Origin: Dehalococcoidia bacterium
Lineage (GTDB): Bacteria > Chloroflexota > Dehalococcoidia > Dehalococcoidales > S120
NCBI GenBank assembly: GCA_011192075.1
Contig: DUER01000142.1
Span: 16,910 to 61,244, forward strand
DNA length: 44,335 nucleotides
Reading direction: 5' to 3'
In this document: positions 8,195-17,418 of the stretch, piece by piece
Position numbering within the stretch: the first letter of the stretch is position 1
Layout of the letters: each line of letters opens with the position of its first letter
Notes under the pieces: model-generated
Told to the model about the DNA's origin: nothing
Database searches by the model: none
What the model saw: the letters and a program-made list of their open reading frames with translations, nothing else
Program-made: the position numbers and the translations under genes

Positions 8195-8476
8195 ATGGCA
8201 ATCTACGTTATGCTTACCAGTTTAACCGATGAGGGAAGGAAAACCGTGAGGGAGAGCCCGGAAAGGATTAAAGAGGTTAACCAAGAGGTCGAAGCCATGG
8301 GGGCGAAGATAGTGGCTCAGTATGCTCTACTGGGTCCATACGATTTTATAAATATTTTGGAAGCGCCGGACAATAAGGTTATAACTAAAATAGCCATGGA
8401 GCTGAGCTCGAGGGGTACACTTCATACTATGACTATGGCGGCCATGACCCTCGACGAGTTTGTCAGTAGTATTTGA
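8195..8476 (+). CDS. GYD-domain protein
   Basis: MAIYVMLTSLTDEGRKTV...GAKIVAQYALLGPYDFINILEAPDN is the GYD family pattern. ATG 8195 follows AGGAG at suitable spacing. Confidence 0.7.
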   Translation: MAIYVMLTSLTDEGRKTVRESPERIKEVNQEVEAMGAKIVAQYALLGPYDFINILEAPDNKVITKIAMELSSRGTLHTMTMAAMTLDEFVSSI

Positions 8477-8503
8477 GATAATTGTGCTTACTTTGGAGTT
8501 ACA

Positions 8504-9148
8504 TTGCTCCCTAAGCTACTCCTAGCGACAAACAACCAAGCCAAGGTGCGTGAATATAAGCATCTGCTCCAGAATCTTCCCTGTGAGATGGTTACTCTTG
8601 CTGAACAGGGTATCAGCACTGTAGTTGCTGAGACTGGGCAGAGCCTTGAGGATAATGCTAGATTGAAGGCGATGATCTTGGCCAACGAGAGCCAGATTAT
8701 AGCCCTGGCAGACGATTCCGGGCTGGAGGTTGATGCTTTAGGCGGCGAACCCGGACCGCTCTCAGCACGTTATGCTGGTGAAGCTGCTTCAGATAAGGAC
8801 CGGGTCAGTTATTTATTAGCTAGGCTTAAGGATGTGCTCTGGGAGAAGCGCTCGGCGCGTTTCAGGTGTATTATCGCTCTGGTTACGCCTGATGGGGAAG
8901 TAGAGTTTTGTTATGGTGAACGCCGTGGGTTTATAACCTTCGAGCCAAGGGGTGAGCAGGGCTTTGGTTATGACCCGGTGTTTTACCTTCCTGAGCTAGG
9001 TAAGACCATGGCTGAATTATATTTGGAAGTAAAGAATCAGGTTAGTCATCGTGGGCAAGCAGCCAGAGAAGTATACCAGAAGCTGGAGAAGTTAACGGGG
9101 GGTAAATATTTTAGGCAAAATAGCTCAAATGATACGAAGGAATTTTAA
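8504..9148 (+). CDS. rdgB: Non-canonical purine NTP pyrophosphatase (RdgB/HAM1 family)
   Basis: LLLATNNQAKVREY..., ...ADDSGLEVDALGGEPG..SARYAG... and FGYDPVF...G.T.AE......K...SHRG.A motifs. Confidence 0.9.
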   Translation: MLPKLLLATNNQAKVREYKHLLQNLPCEMVTLAEQGISTVVAETGQSLEDNARLKAMILANESQIIALADDSGLEVDALGGEPGPLSARYAGEAASDKDRVSYLLARLKDVLWEKRSARFRCIIALVTPDGEVEFCYGERRGFITFEPRGEQGFGYDPVFYLPELGKTMAELYLEVKNQVSHRGQAAREVYQKLEKLTGGKYFRQNSSNDTKEF

Positions 9149-9150
9149 CT

Positions 9151-10137
9151 ATGACTGGACTTTCTGATTCCTTCCAACGACCGATAAATTATCTGCGTAT
9201 TTCAGTAACTGACCGCTGTAATCTGCGCTGTACTTACTGTATGCCAGCCGCAGGGGTTAGTTTGACGTCTCACCGGGATATTCTTACCTATGAGGAAATC
9301 TACACGATAGCTAAGGCAGCCGCTGAGTTGGGTATTGATAAGATAAGAATTACCGGTGGCGAGCCGTTGGTGAGGTCAGGGCTGCCTAAATTAATACAGA
9401 TGTTAGCCCAGATAGATACCATGGATGAGATTGCTCTGACCACAAACGGCACTCTGCTTAGTCGTTATGCTGCTGAGTTAAAATCAGCCGGCTTACAGCG
9501 AGTTAATATAAGCTTAGATACACTCAGGCAGGACAAATTTAAGTTTATCACCTGTGGTGATAATAATCTTGGCGATGTGCTAAAAGGCATTGAGGTCGCC
9601 AGGTCGGTGGGGCTTAATCCGGTTAAGCTTAATACGGTGGTTATGGCTGGTATTAATGACGATGAACTGCTTGATTTTGCCACTAAAACCATTAATGAGG
9701 AATGGCATGTACGCTTTATCGAACTTATGCCCTTGGTTGATGAGGAGACTATAGCCTCTCAATTTGTCTCGGTTAGTGAGGTGAGGCAGCGTCTTGAACT
9801 ATTAGGGGAATTAGAGCCTTGCCTGCCCAGTGCCGGTAATGGTCCAGCTAAGTATTTTCGTTTTCCTCATGCTAGGGGCACCATTGGTTTCATTACTCCA
9901 GTCAGTGAGCATTTCTGCTTTAATTGCAATCGGCTGCGTCTTACTGCTGATGGCCAACTTCGCCTCTGTCTATTATCTGATGATGAAGTAGACCTGAAGC
10001 AGCCGCTACGTAGCGGCATATCTTCAGCGGGGCTGAAGGAGCTAATTGAAGAGGCGGTTGCCCGTAAGCCGCTGCGCCATCATCTGGCAGAGGGCGACAC
10101 GCCTAAAGACCGGCCGTTCTGCCAAGTGGGGGGTTAG
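9151..10137 (+). CDS. moaA: GTP 3',8-cyclase (molybdenum cofactor biosynthesis protein A)
   Basis: YLRISVTDRCNLRCTYCMP (CX3CX2C), ...ITGGEPL..., C-terminal CxxCNRLRLTADG cluster and terminal GG. Confidence 0.95.
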   Translation: MTGLSDSFQRPINYLRISVTDRCNLRCTYCMPAAGVSLTSHRDILTYEEIYTIAKAAAELGIDKIRITGGEPLVRSGLPKLIQMLAQIDTMDEIALTTNGTLLSRYAAELKSAGLQRVNISLDTLRQDKFKFITCGDNNLGDVLKGIEVARSVGLNPVKLNTVVMAGINDDELLDFATKTINEEWHVRFIELMPLVDEETIASQFVSVSEVRQRLELLGELEPCLPSAGNGPAKYFRFPHARGTIGFITPVSEHFCFNCNRLRLTADGQLRLCLLSDDEVDLKQPLRSGISSAGLKELIEEAVARKPLRHHLAEGDTPKDRPFCQVGG

Positions 10138-10139
10138 GT

Positions 10140-11057
10140 ATGGTTGAAGTATATACTGACGGGGCTTATAACCCGGTTTTAGGTCAGGGTGGCTGGGGAG
10201 CCGTTATCGTTGAAGATAGCCAAAAGCGTGTTTTTTCCGGTGTAGCCAAGAAGACAACTGGTAACCGTATGGAGATTACGGCTGCCCTGGAAGGCATCTT
10301 TCACACTCCACAAGGTTCGGAAGTGGCGGTGTATACCGATAGCCAGTATCTTATAGGCTGTATGGCCAAAGGATGGCATAGGCGTGTCAACCGCGACCTC
10401 TGGGAGAGGTTGGATGCAGCTGCTAGCCAACGCAAGGTGCGCTGGCAGTGGATTGAACGGGATACTAAAAATCCCTTTCACCAGGAAGCTCATATCCTGG
10501 CGACAAATTTAGCCAGTCAGGGCGAAAGGCTACGACCTGTACCATCAGAGAAACAAAAAGGACAGCCGAAAGCCCCTATTGGGGAGGGGCTGACCCATGT
10601 GGACGCCCTGGGTCGCCCCCGGATGGTGGATGTTACCGAGAAGCCTGATACTCGGCGCGAGGCAGTAGCTAAGTGCTTGGTCAAGATGAAAGCTGCTACC
10701 TTTGACCTATTAAAGGAGGGGAACATGCCCAAGGGGGATGTTCTGGCGGTAGCTCAGCTAGCTGGCATCATGGCAGCCAAGCAAACACCTCATATAATAC
10801 CCCTGTGCCACCCGGTGCTTATTGGAGATATTAAGGTTGAGTTCGGTTTGGATGAGGAAGCCAGTGTAGTGGAGATTACCACTACGGTAAAGAGTATAGG
10901 CAAGACCGGAGTGGAGATGGAGTCACTTACCGCTACCGCTGTTACTGCCTTAACCATTTATGATATGTGTAAGGCAGTAGACCGGGGCATCCAAATTGAT
11001 AGTATTCGACTAATCAGAAAAAGTGGTGGTAAAAGTGGTATAGTAAACCTTGAGTAG
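10140..11057 (+). CDS. moaC: Fusion protein: N-terminal RNase H-like domain plus C-terminal cyclic pyranopterin monophosphate synthase (MoaC)
   Basis: Residues 1-~125: VEVYTDGAY..GGWGAVIV...GNRMEITAALEG...VAVYTDSQYL (RNase HI D-E-D pattern). Residues ~150-305: LTHVD..GRPRMVDVTEKPDTRREAVA...IIPLCHP...GVEMEsLTA..IYDMCKAVDR (MoaC). One uninterrupted ORF joined by a K/P/Q-rich linker. Confidence 0.85.
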   Translation: MVEVYTDGAYNPVLGQGGWGAVIVEDSQKRVFSGVAKKTTGNRMEITAALEGIFHTPQGSEVAVYTDSQYLIGCMAKGWHRRVNRDLWERLDAAASQRKVRWQWIERDTKNPFHQEAHILATNLASQGERLRPVPSEKQKGQPKAPIGEGLTHVDALGRPRMVDVTEKPDTRREAVAKCLVKMKAATFDLLKEGNMPKGDVLAVAQLAGIMAAKQTPHIIPLCHPVLIGDIKVEFGLDEEASVVEITTTVKSIGKTGVEMESLTATAVTALTIYDMCKAVDRGIQIDSIRLIRKSGGKSGIVNLE

Positions 11058-11113
11058 AATTGATTATTGATGTATACTACTCCACTACAGTAATATAAAT
11101 TTGGGGGTGTATC

Positions 11114-12247
11114 ATGAGGTTGTCGTGCCTTCAGGAGAATCTAAATCGGGGGCTTAACATAGTAGGAAGGGCAGTAGCTACCAGAACCACCCTGCCCATA
11201 ACTAATAATGTCCTCCTAGCCACCGATCAGTCTCGGCTTAAGCTAGTTGCCACCAATCTGGAAATGGCTATTAGCTGCTGGATTGGCGCCAAGGTGGAGG
11301 AAGAAGGGGCAATTACTGTTCCCGCCAGGCTTCTCACCGAATTTATTAGTTCACTACCCAACGACAAGGTTGATATTAGCCTTTTACCACGGACCAAAAC
11401 CCTAGGGCTAAAGTGTGCTCGATTTGAAGCCAGAATCAGTGGAGTTGATGCCAAGGATTTTCCTCCTATACCTAAGGTTGATGAGGGTATTACTACTCAG
11501 GTTGAAGTAGAAGCCTTTCGCCAGGGGATTAGCCAAGTTGTCTTTGCTGCTGCCACAGAGGAGTCACGCCCGTTGCTCACTGGGATTGATACCGAGTTTG
11601 ACGGCGATTTGCTGACCCTAGCAGCGGCTGATGGCTTTAGATTAGCTGTATATAAGTTGTCCACTATTAACCCGGTTAGTCAGAGAACTGAGGTCATTAT
11701 CCCAGCCCGGACTCTGAGTGAGCTGAATCGGCTTATGGCTGACCAGGAAGAGGCGGTTGAGATAAGGGTGAATCCTAATAAGAGCCAGGCTCTATTTCGC
11801 CTGAAGAATGTTGAGCTGGTATCTCAGCTTGTTCAGGGCACCTTCCCTAAGTATGCCCAGCTCATTCCCCAGAGCTACAATACCCGAGCTGTAGTTGATG
11901 TTGCCGAATTCTCAAGGGCGACCAGGACAGCCTCTATCTTTGCTCGTGATGGCAGTGGTATTGTCCGCTTGGTGGTAGCCCCGGGTGAGGAGCTAACCCC
12001 AGGTAAGGTAATCATTTCAGCCCGGTCGGAGGAAATAGGAGACGATGTCGGTGAGATTGATGCCATTGTCGAGGGTGAAGAGGCAAAAATTGCCTTTAAT
12101 GGCAAGTATCTAATTGATGTGCTTGGCGTGCTTCGTGAGACGCAGGTAGCTTTAGAGACTACCAATCCGTCAAGCCCGGGTGTTGTCCGCCCAGTAGGGG
12201 TGGATAACTATATACATGTGGTCATGCCGATGTTCGTTCAATGGTAA
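11114..12247 (+). CDS. dnaN: DNA polymerase III beta sliding clamp
   Basis: 377 aa. The MRLSCLQENLNRGLNIVGRAVATRTTLPITNNVLL start and the three-domain length are typical of DnaN. Confidence 0.93.
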   Translation: MRLSCLQENLNRGLNIVGRAVATRTTLPITNNVLLATDQSRLKLVATNLEMAISCWIGAKVEEEGAITVPARLLTEFISSLPNDKVDISLLPRTKTLGLKCARFEARISGVDAKDFPPIPKVDEGITTQVEVEAFRQGISQVVFAAATEESRPLLTGIDTEFDGDLLTLAAADGFRLAVYKLSTINPVSQRTEVIIPARTLSELNRLMADQEEAVEIRVNPNKSQALFRLKNVELVSQLVQGTFPKYAQLIPQSYNTRAVVDVAEFSRATRTASIFARDGSGIVRLVVAPGEELTPGKVIISARSEEIGDDVGEIDAIVEGEEAKIAFNGKYLIDVLGVLRETQVALETTNPSSPGVVRPVGVDNYIHVVMPMFVQW

Positions 12248-12418
12248 TAAATTCCAGAGGTACAACTGCTTTGATCCCTGCTCTCTCTGGAGTTGCTATT
12301 ACCTGAACATCTAGGGCACTAAGGGTTGAGCGCTTTCCCTGAATACTAAAGTCATTGAGGTTTTGCCTTACTCTTATTGGGGCGATAATTCAATAAAAAT
12401 GAAAGGAGTCGGGAAATA

Positions 12419-12700
12419 ATGGCTAGAAAAGCATCTAAAGTACAGGTGACCATTACGGACATTCAAGGCAGGGGTAGGTGTTCCCAGGGATTTAAGAAAG
12501 GTGACACATGGTTAATTGAAAAGAGTATTGCACCGACTAATTTCTGCCTAACGGCCCTGGGCACTATTTTCCCCGTGATACAGACTATGCGCTATGGTGG
12601 GCAACATCCTTGGGACCAAGGCGATGTCACCCACACTTGTTGCCCCGATATCCATGATGGTCCCGTTATTTTTGAGATAAGACGATTACCACCAGCATGA
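12419..12700 (+). CDS. TIGR04076-family small Cys-containing protein
   Basis: 93 aa with pattern V.vTItdi.G...C..GfkkGD.w.i......P..fCl.Al..ifPvi..mRYGG..PW......CCPD...PViFEirR, recalled from that family. Confidence 0.6.
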   Translation: MARKASKVQVTITDIQGRGRCSQGFKKGDTWLIEKSIAPTNFCLTALGTIFPVIQTMRYGGQHPWDQGDVTHTCCPDIHDGPVIFEIRRLPPA

Positions 12701-12788
12701 TGGGTATATATAGATTTAAGGGACACAGACTTAAAAATATGTGGTAAAATACAAGGTAGTATTTATATCAAAGGAGGTTTAATAACTT

Positions 12789-13223
12789 ATGAATGGCATG
12801 AGAGCGCTAACTGAGGACGAAAAGGAAGCATTCCTAAAGGATAATCACGGTGGGGTTCTGGCTTTCGCTGGAGATAAGCCATATTGTATCCCTATACATT
12901 ATGCGTATACCAAGGGAACCGTGGTCTTTGAAATGCTAAGAGCTGGAAGAAAAATAGAATATATTAATAAGAGCCGTAAGGTTTGTTTTAGTGTTTGGCA
13001 GGAGGCAGCGCAAAGCAATATCCCTAGTCTCAAGAAAGAACGCTGGAGCTCGGTCATACTCGAGGGCGAACTGGAAGAGGTAACTAAAGATAAGTGGGAT
13101 TACTATGAATTGCCGAAAGGCGTGCCCGAGGGTATTGATATGGTTGGCTGGATACTAAAGGTAAACACTGTAGGAACAGTATGCGCTCCGGCTAGTTTAT
13201 CGTTTGGTGGAGAAACCGCTTAG
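12789..13223 (+). CDS. Pyridoxamine 5'-phosphate oxidase-like FMN-binding family protein
   Basis: ~140 aa; L.edE...FL......GvLAf.gd.PY.iPihYay......vfe pattern of the split-barrel flavin-binding fold. The start could be 12789 or 12798. Confidence 0.6.
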   Translation: MNGMRALTEDEKEAFLKDNHGGVLAFAGDKPYCIPIHYAYTKGTVVFEMLRAGRKIEYINKSRKVCFSVWQEAAQSNIPSLKKERWSSVILEGELEEVTKDKWDYYELPKGVPEGIDMVGWILKVNTVGTVCAPASLSFGGETA

Positions 13224-13480
13224 CCCTTACACAAAATTGTCCTGATTGGTAGTTAAAAAGAAAACCGCCAGTTTTAAGGCTGACAGTTTTCTTTAGTTGT
13301 GCCTGATTGCTGATATCATCCTAGTCTTTAATGTAGTCCTATCTTGGGAGTTTGTCAACACCACCAAGTAGAGATGAACCCTTGTCTAGGCTGAATATAA
13401 TTACGACTTCGGAGAGGGAAGTGGTAGTGGCGAGAGCTCACAGCCCTTGAAATTTGTAGGAATCATGTATCTTTGAATAT

Positions 13481-13720
13481 CTAATCTAAACATGCTTCTA
13501 ACTCATCTTCGTGTAAAACGACCTTTTTGTGGCCAGTTCCGATTCGCACAGTGTAAATATAGAAGACTCCAACAGCTGTATTGGGATTAATCCAATGATA
13601 ATCGGTAATTTCGCCAACTTGACCTATGTATGGCTCCAAACCAGAATCTCTCGGGGATAAATGTTGATTCTTAACTGGCGCTATTACGACCTTCTGTCCT
13701 ATCTTATATTTAGAAGCCAT
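13481..13720 (-). CDS. Hypothetical small protein (about 79 aa)
   Basis: ORF 13481-13852. The globular-looking part starts at the internal ATG 13720 (MASKYKIGQKVVIAPV...). I do not recognise a family and the start is uncertain. Confidence 0.4.
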   Translation of the reverse strand: MASKYKIGQKVVIAPVKNQHLSPRDSGLEPYIGQVGEITDYHWINPNTAVGVFYIYTVRIGTGHKKVVLHEDELEACLD

Positions 13721-14012
13721 TGAATTACTCTTACTGAATCTTTGGCAAATCATAATCCCAGGTGGCATGTTTGTCAATACCCTAAAACGAAGTTGGTTGG
13801 GATGGGAGAATGATGCAGAAGGGGTAAAGACATGCCTTATATTGTGTAACACTTAGGCTCTTTTTCCTTCTAGTTTGCTTGTTTCATTTTAACCTTGCGT
13901 GATATAATCAGACTTGAAAACCTTGTTTTGCGTTGAATAGTTATAAATGTGACTTAACAGATATGCCTATGTTTGTGCAGTGGTAGGATAAGTAGCCGTA
14001 GAGAGTATAAAA

Positions 14013-14654
14013 ATGTATATTCGTGATATCATGACGACTAACGTGGTTACTATCCCCAGTAGTACCAGTATTGCCGAGGCTAGAAGAATAATGGAGGCAG
14101 GTAGGTTCAGCCGCTTGCCAGTAGTGGATAAGGGAAAGCTGGTTGGTGTGGTAACGGCACGTAGACTAGATCAGGTAGCTCCATCTAAGGCTACATCCCT
14201 TAGCATGTGGGAATTGAGCTATCTGCTGAGTAAGACCACGGTAAAGGAAATTATGGTAAGAGACGTAGTCACGGTAACCTCTGATACCACTGTTGAAGAG
14301 TCAGTGGCTCTGGCTCAGAGTCATAAGGTTGGGGTTCTAGTGGTGCTTGAGGGTGGTAAGGTGGTGGGCATAAGTACCACCCGCGACCTTTTCTATAAGA
14401 TGTTCAACCCAATTCTGGGTTTGGGTGAGCCTGGCACTCGTATCGAGGTCGCCGGGGGTGGTGAGGGTAAGGCATTAGAAGAAGTGGTTTCATTGATAAA
14501 TCAGCGTGGTTTAAAGATAGTAACCCTGCATATCATTACTCCTCCTGGCGCAACTGAGAAGAACGTTGTGGTTCACTTGGGCACTGAGGACGTGAGCCAG
14601 ATTATTGCTGACCTTGAGAGTAAGGGGTATAAGGTAAATATGAGAAAACGCTGA
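14013..14654 (+). CDS. CBS-pair protein with C-terminal ACT-like domain (AcuB-like)
   Basis: Two CBS repeats (IMTTNVVTI...LPVVDKGKLVGVVT and IMVRDVVTV...VLVVLEGGKVVGISTTRDL) followed by a ~70-aa beta-alpha domain. Confidence 0.8.
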   Translation: MYIRDIMTTNVVTIPSSTSIAEARRIMEAGRFSRLPVVDKGKLVGVVTARRLDQVAPSKATSLSMWELSYLLSKTTVKEIMVRDVVTVTSDTTVEESVALAQSHKVGVLVVLEGGKVVGISTTRDLFYKMFNPILGLGEPGTRIEVAGGGEGKALEEVVSLINQRGLKIVTLHIITPPGATEKNVVVHLGTEDVSQIIADLESKGYKVNMRKR

Positions 14655-14694
14655 GCCTAACCGGTCTGAAGAGTATTTAGGTAGTAACCAAACG

Positions 14695-15531
14695 GTGGCT
14701 CGGTTTATTTTGGGTTATAGAGTTGACATAATATCAATGGTCAGCAGCGTTATTGCTTTGCAAGTGGAGGGTATAGAGCTCGCTGGGCAGCTTTATCTGC
14801 CCGGTGAGGGTGACCGAACTCCGTACCACACTATTTGTATTTGTCATGGCATACCGACTCGTGTCCCTGGCCCTAGTGATGGAGGCTATCCATTACTGGC
14901 GGAAAAGATTTGCCGTGAAGGCTTTGCGGTATTGATTTTCAACTTTAGGGGATGTGGGGTTAGTGGTGGGAATCTTGACCTTCTGGGCTGGACCAGAGAC
15001 CTGGAAGCAGCCATTAACTATTTATGGGCTTTGCCTGAGGTGGATAGGTCTCATCTATCATTGTTTGGCTTTAGTGGTGGGGCTGCTGTCTCAATATGCG
15101 TGGCCTCGCAGGACAAGAGAGTATCATCTATTGTAACTTGTGCCTGCCCAGCAGAGTTCACCTTCTTTACCGAAGTTGATGACCCACAGTCTGTTATTGA
15201 GTACTTCCGTGGCATTGGCACAATCAGGGATAAGGATTTTCCCAATTCTGCTGAAGAGTGGCTTAATGGCTTCAGAGTGATTAGCCCCATTAAATATGTG
15301 GCAGATATTGCTCCTAGACCTTTATTGCTGGTGCATGGCAGTGAGGATGAGGTAGTAGAAGTGAGTCATGCTCATAAGCTATATGGTAGAGCAGGAGAGC
15401 CTAAGCAGATAATCATAATTGATGGAGCCGGACATAGGCTACGGCAGGATGACAGGGCGATGGCTATTGTTTTTGGTTGGCTGAAATCCCATACTGAGCA
15501 CATTGACTCGCCTTTAACAAACAAGCTATAG
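14695..15531 (+). CDS. Alpha/beta hydrolase (dienelactone hydrolase / S9-like)
   Basis: Nucleophile elbow GFSGG, downstream ...VHGSEDEVV... and ...GAGHRL (Asp and His candidates). The start may be the internal ATG at 14737. Confidence 0.75.
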   Translation: MARFILGYRVDIISMVSSVIALQVEGIELAGQLYLPGEGDRTPYHTICICHGIPTRVPGPSDGGYPLLAEKICREGFAVLIFNFRGCGVSGGNLDLLGWTRDLEAAINYLWALPEVDRSHLSLFGFSGGAAVSICVASQDKRVSSIVTCACPAEFTFFTEVDDPQSVIEYFRGIGTIRDKDFPNSAEEWLNGFRVISPIKYVADIAPRPLLLVHGSEDEVVEVSHAHKLYGRAGEPKQIIIIDGAGHRLRQDDRAMAIVFGWLKSHTEHIDSPLTNKL

Positions 15532-15552
15532 TTAAATTGAGGATAGCTAAAA

Positions 15553-16941
15553 TTGCACGAATGCTGCGGCGTTTTTGGAGTTTATGCTCCCGGTGAAGAT
15601 GTAGCGCGCTTGACTTTTTTTGCGCTATTTGCTCTTCAGCACCGTGGTCAAGAAAGCGCTGGTATTGCTACCGCTAACGGCAAAAGGCTCCAGGTTTATG
15701 CCCAGATGGGTCTGGTATCCCAGGTGTTTACTGAGGATTCCCTAAGACAGCTCGGTGGGCATATGGCTATCGGTCATAATCGCTACTCCACCAGAGGTTC
15801 CAGCCGAGTAATTAATGCCCAGCCTCTTCTGGTAGGCAAAGGTTCAAATACTATTGCTGTAGCCCATAATGGAAATATTGTTAATGCTGAGCATCTCTAT
15901 CAAGAACTCTCTGACTTGGGCTACACCTTCCGTACTTCCACAGATACCGAGGTTATCGCTAACCTTATCCTGTCTTCCCCTGAGAAAGACTGGGTAAACA
16001 AGATAAGGTATGCTATGCATCGGCTTCAGGGATCGTATTCTCTAACCATCCTGACCAATAACACCCTGTTCGGAGTTCGTGACCCCTTTGGTGTACGCCC
16101 GCTGTGTCTGGGGACAGTTAATGGCGGTTGGGTTATTGCCTCAGAGAGCTGTGCCCTTGACCATATTGGTGCCAACTTTATCAGGGAGATTGAGCCCGGT
16201 GAGATAGTTTCTGTTACTAAGAATGGCATTGATAGTTACCAGGAAGAGGTAAGCAGAAGAGCAGTATGCATCTTTGAGTATATCTACTTTGCCCGCCCCG
16301 ATAGTGTCATTAATGGGCGGCTGCTTTACCCAGCACGGCAGGCTATGGGAGAGGGGCTGGCACAGGAACACTCGGTAGAGGCTGATTTGGTTATGGGTGT
16401 GCCTGATTCGGCTACCGCCGCTGGCATTGGCTATTCTCGCTGGTCAGATATACAGCTATGCGAAGGACTGCTCAAGAACCGCTATGTGGGGCGGACCTTT
16501 ATTGAGCCTGACCAGCGAATCAGAGACCTTGGCGTTAAGCTGAAATTTAACCCTCTGCCTCTGATGCTGGATGGCAAACGAGTAGTGGTGATTGATGATA
16601 GTATTGTCCGTGGCACGACTACTCCCCAGGTAGTGAAGCTGCTGAAAAGGGCGGGAGCCAAAGAGGTGCATATGCGTATCTGCGCTCCGCCTATTCGCTA
16701 CCCTTGTTTCTTGGGTGTTGATATGGCTACCCGCTGGGAGCTAATCGCAGCTCAGAAAACTATACCTGAGATTAGAGATTTTATTGGTGCTGACTCATTG
16801 GGCTATCTGAGTATTGATGGCTTGGTTAAAGCGGTGGCTTTGCCTAAGGATATTTTTTGTATGGCTTGTTTTACTGGTGACTATCCCATACCAGTGCAGC
16901 TTGAGATGGACAAGCTGGTACTAGAGAGTTCTGCCAGTTGA
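15553..16941 (+). CDS. purF: Amidophosphoribosyltransferase
   Basis: N-terminal ..CCGVFGVY (Ntn Cys), ...RGQESAGI..., ...GHNRYST.G..., the PRPP loop VVVIDDSIVRGTT and the C-terminal Cys cluster. Confidence 0.95.
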   Translation: MHECCGVFGVYAPGEDVARLTFFALFALQHRGQESAGIATANGKRLQVYAQMGLVSQVFTEDSLRQLGGHMAIGHNRYSTRGSSRVINAQPLLVGKGSNTIAVAHNGNIVNAEHLYQELSDLGYTFRTSTDTEVIANLILSSPEKDWVNKIRYAMHRLQGSYSLTILTNNTLFGVRDPFGVRPLCLGTVNGGWVIASESCALDHIGANFIREIEPGEIVSVTKNGIDSYQEEVSRRAVCIFEYIYFARPDSVINGRLLYPARQAMGEGLAQEHSVEADLVMGVPDSATAAGIGYSRWSDIQLCEGLLKNRYVGRTFIEPDQRIRDLGVKLKFNPLPLMLDGKRVVVIDDSIVRGTTTPQVVKLLKRAGAKEVHMRICAPPIRYPCFLGVDMATRWELIAAQKTIPEIRDFIGADSLGYLSIDGLVKAVALPKDIFCMACFTGDYPIPVQLEMDKLVLESSAS

Positions 16942-17164
16942 TTATCAAAATTCCTTCGGCAAAAAAGCAGCAGTAAGCTGTACTCTCAAACGTTCACAAT
17001 TCTCATTTTTCCAGCACCTTGATCAAGGTTAAGCCCTGTTATCTGCGATAATCCCCCTCCTTCTGTGATTGCGCCTGAGTTGTCCGAAGTGCTATGATTA
17101 GGCCGACCAGGAAGTTGAAAAGCTGATATGGTGAATCCTAGATGATACATTCACATAAAGAGGG

Positions 17165-17371
17165 TTGAAGATAATGGGTTACGTTGCCATACTGGCGGCT
17201 ATACCTGGCTTCTTCTTGAGTTCTCTCATTTTCATGGCTCTCTGGGGTATTATTGCTCCGAACTTGGGGGTAGAAAAGATAGACTATCTCATGGCCATGC
17301 TGATAACTATCACCCTCTGGCTTGCCGTAGCACCTCTGGCGGCAGCGGCTGGCCGAAGAGCAAGAAAGTAG
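17165..17371 (+). CDS. Small two-TM membrane protein, hypothetical
   Basis: 65-68 aa with two hydrophobic helices and a basic C-terminus (GRRARK). No family recognised. Confidence 0.4.
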   Translation: MKIMGYVAILAAIPGFFLSSLIFMALWGIIAPNLGVEKIDYLMAMLITITLWLAVAPLAAAAGRRARK

Positions 17372-17418
17372 TCGTATTTTTGAGTTAAATTAGTTTTTTA
17401 TCTAAGGAGGCAAGGCGA

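Noticed and set aside
11058-11113. dnaN as a marker of the replication origin
   Set aside because: No dnaA gene is adjacent, and no cluster of TTATCCACA-like boxes or AT-rich unwinding element is visible upstream of dnaN.
16950-17115. 54-codon minus-strand ORF in the purF-purM spacer (MYHLGFTISAFQLPG...)
   Set aside because: It has no SD, low-complexity Gly/Ser content and no recognisable family. The spacer is more likely a promoter/UTR region.
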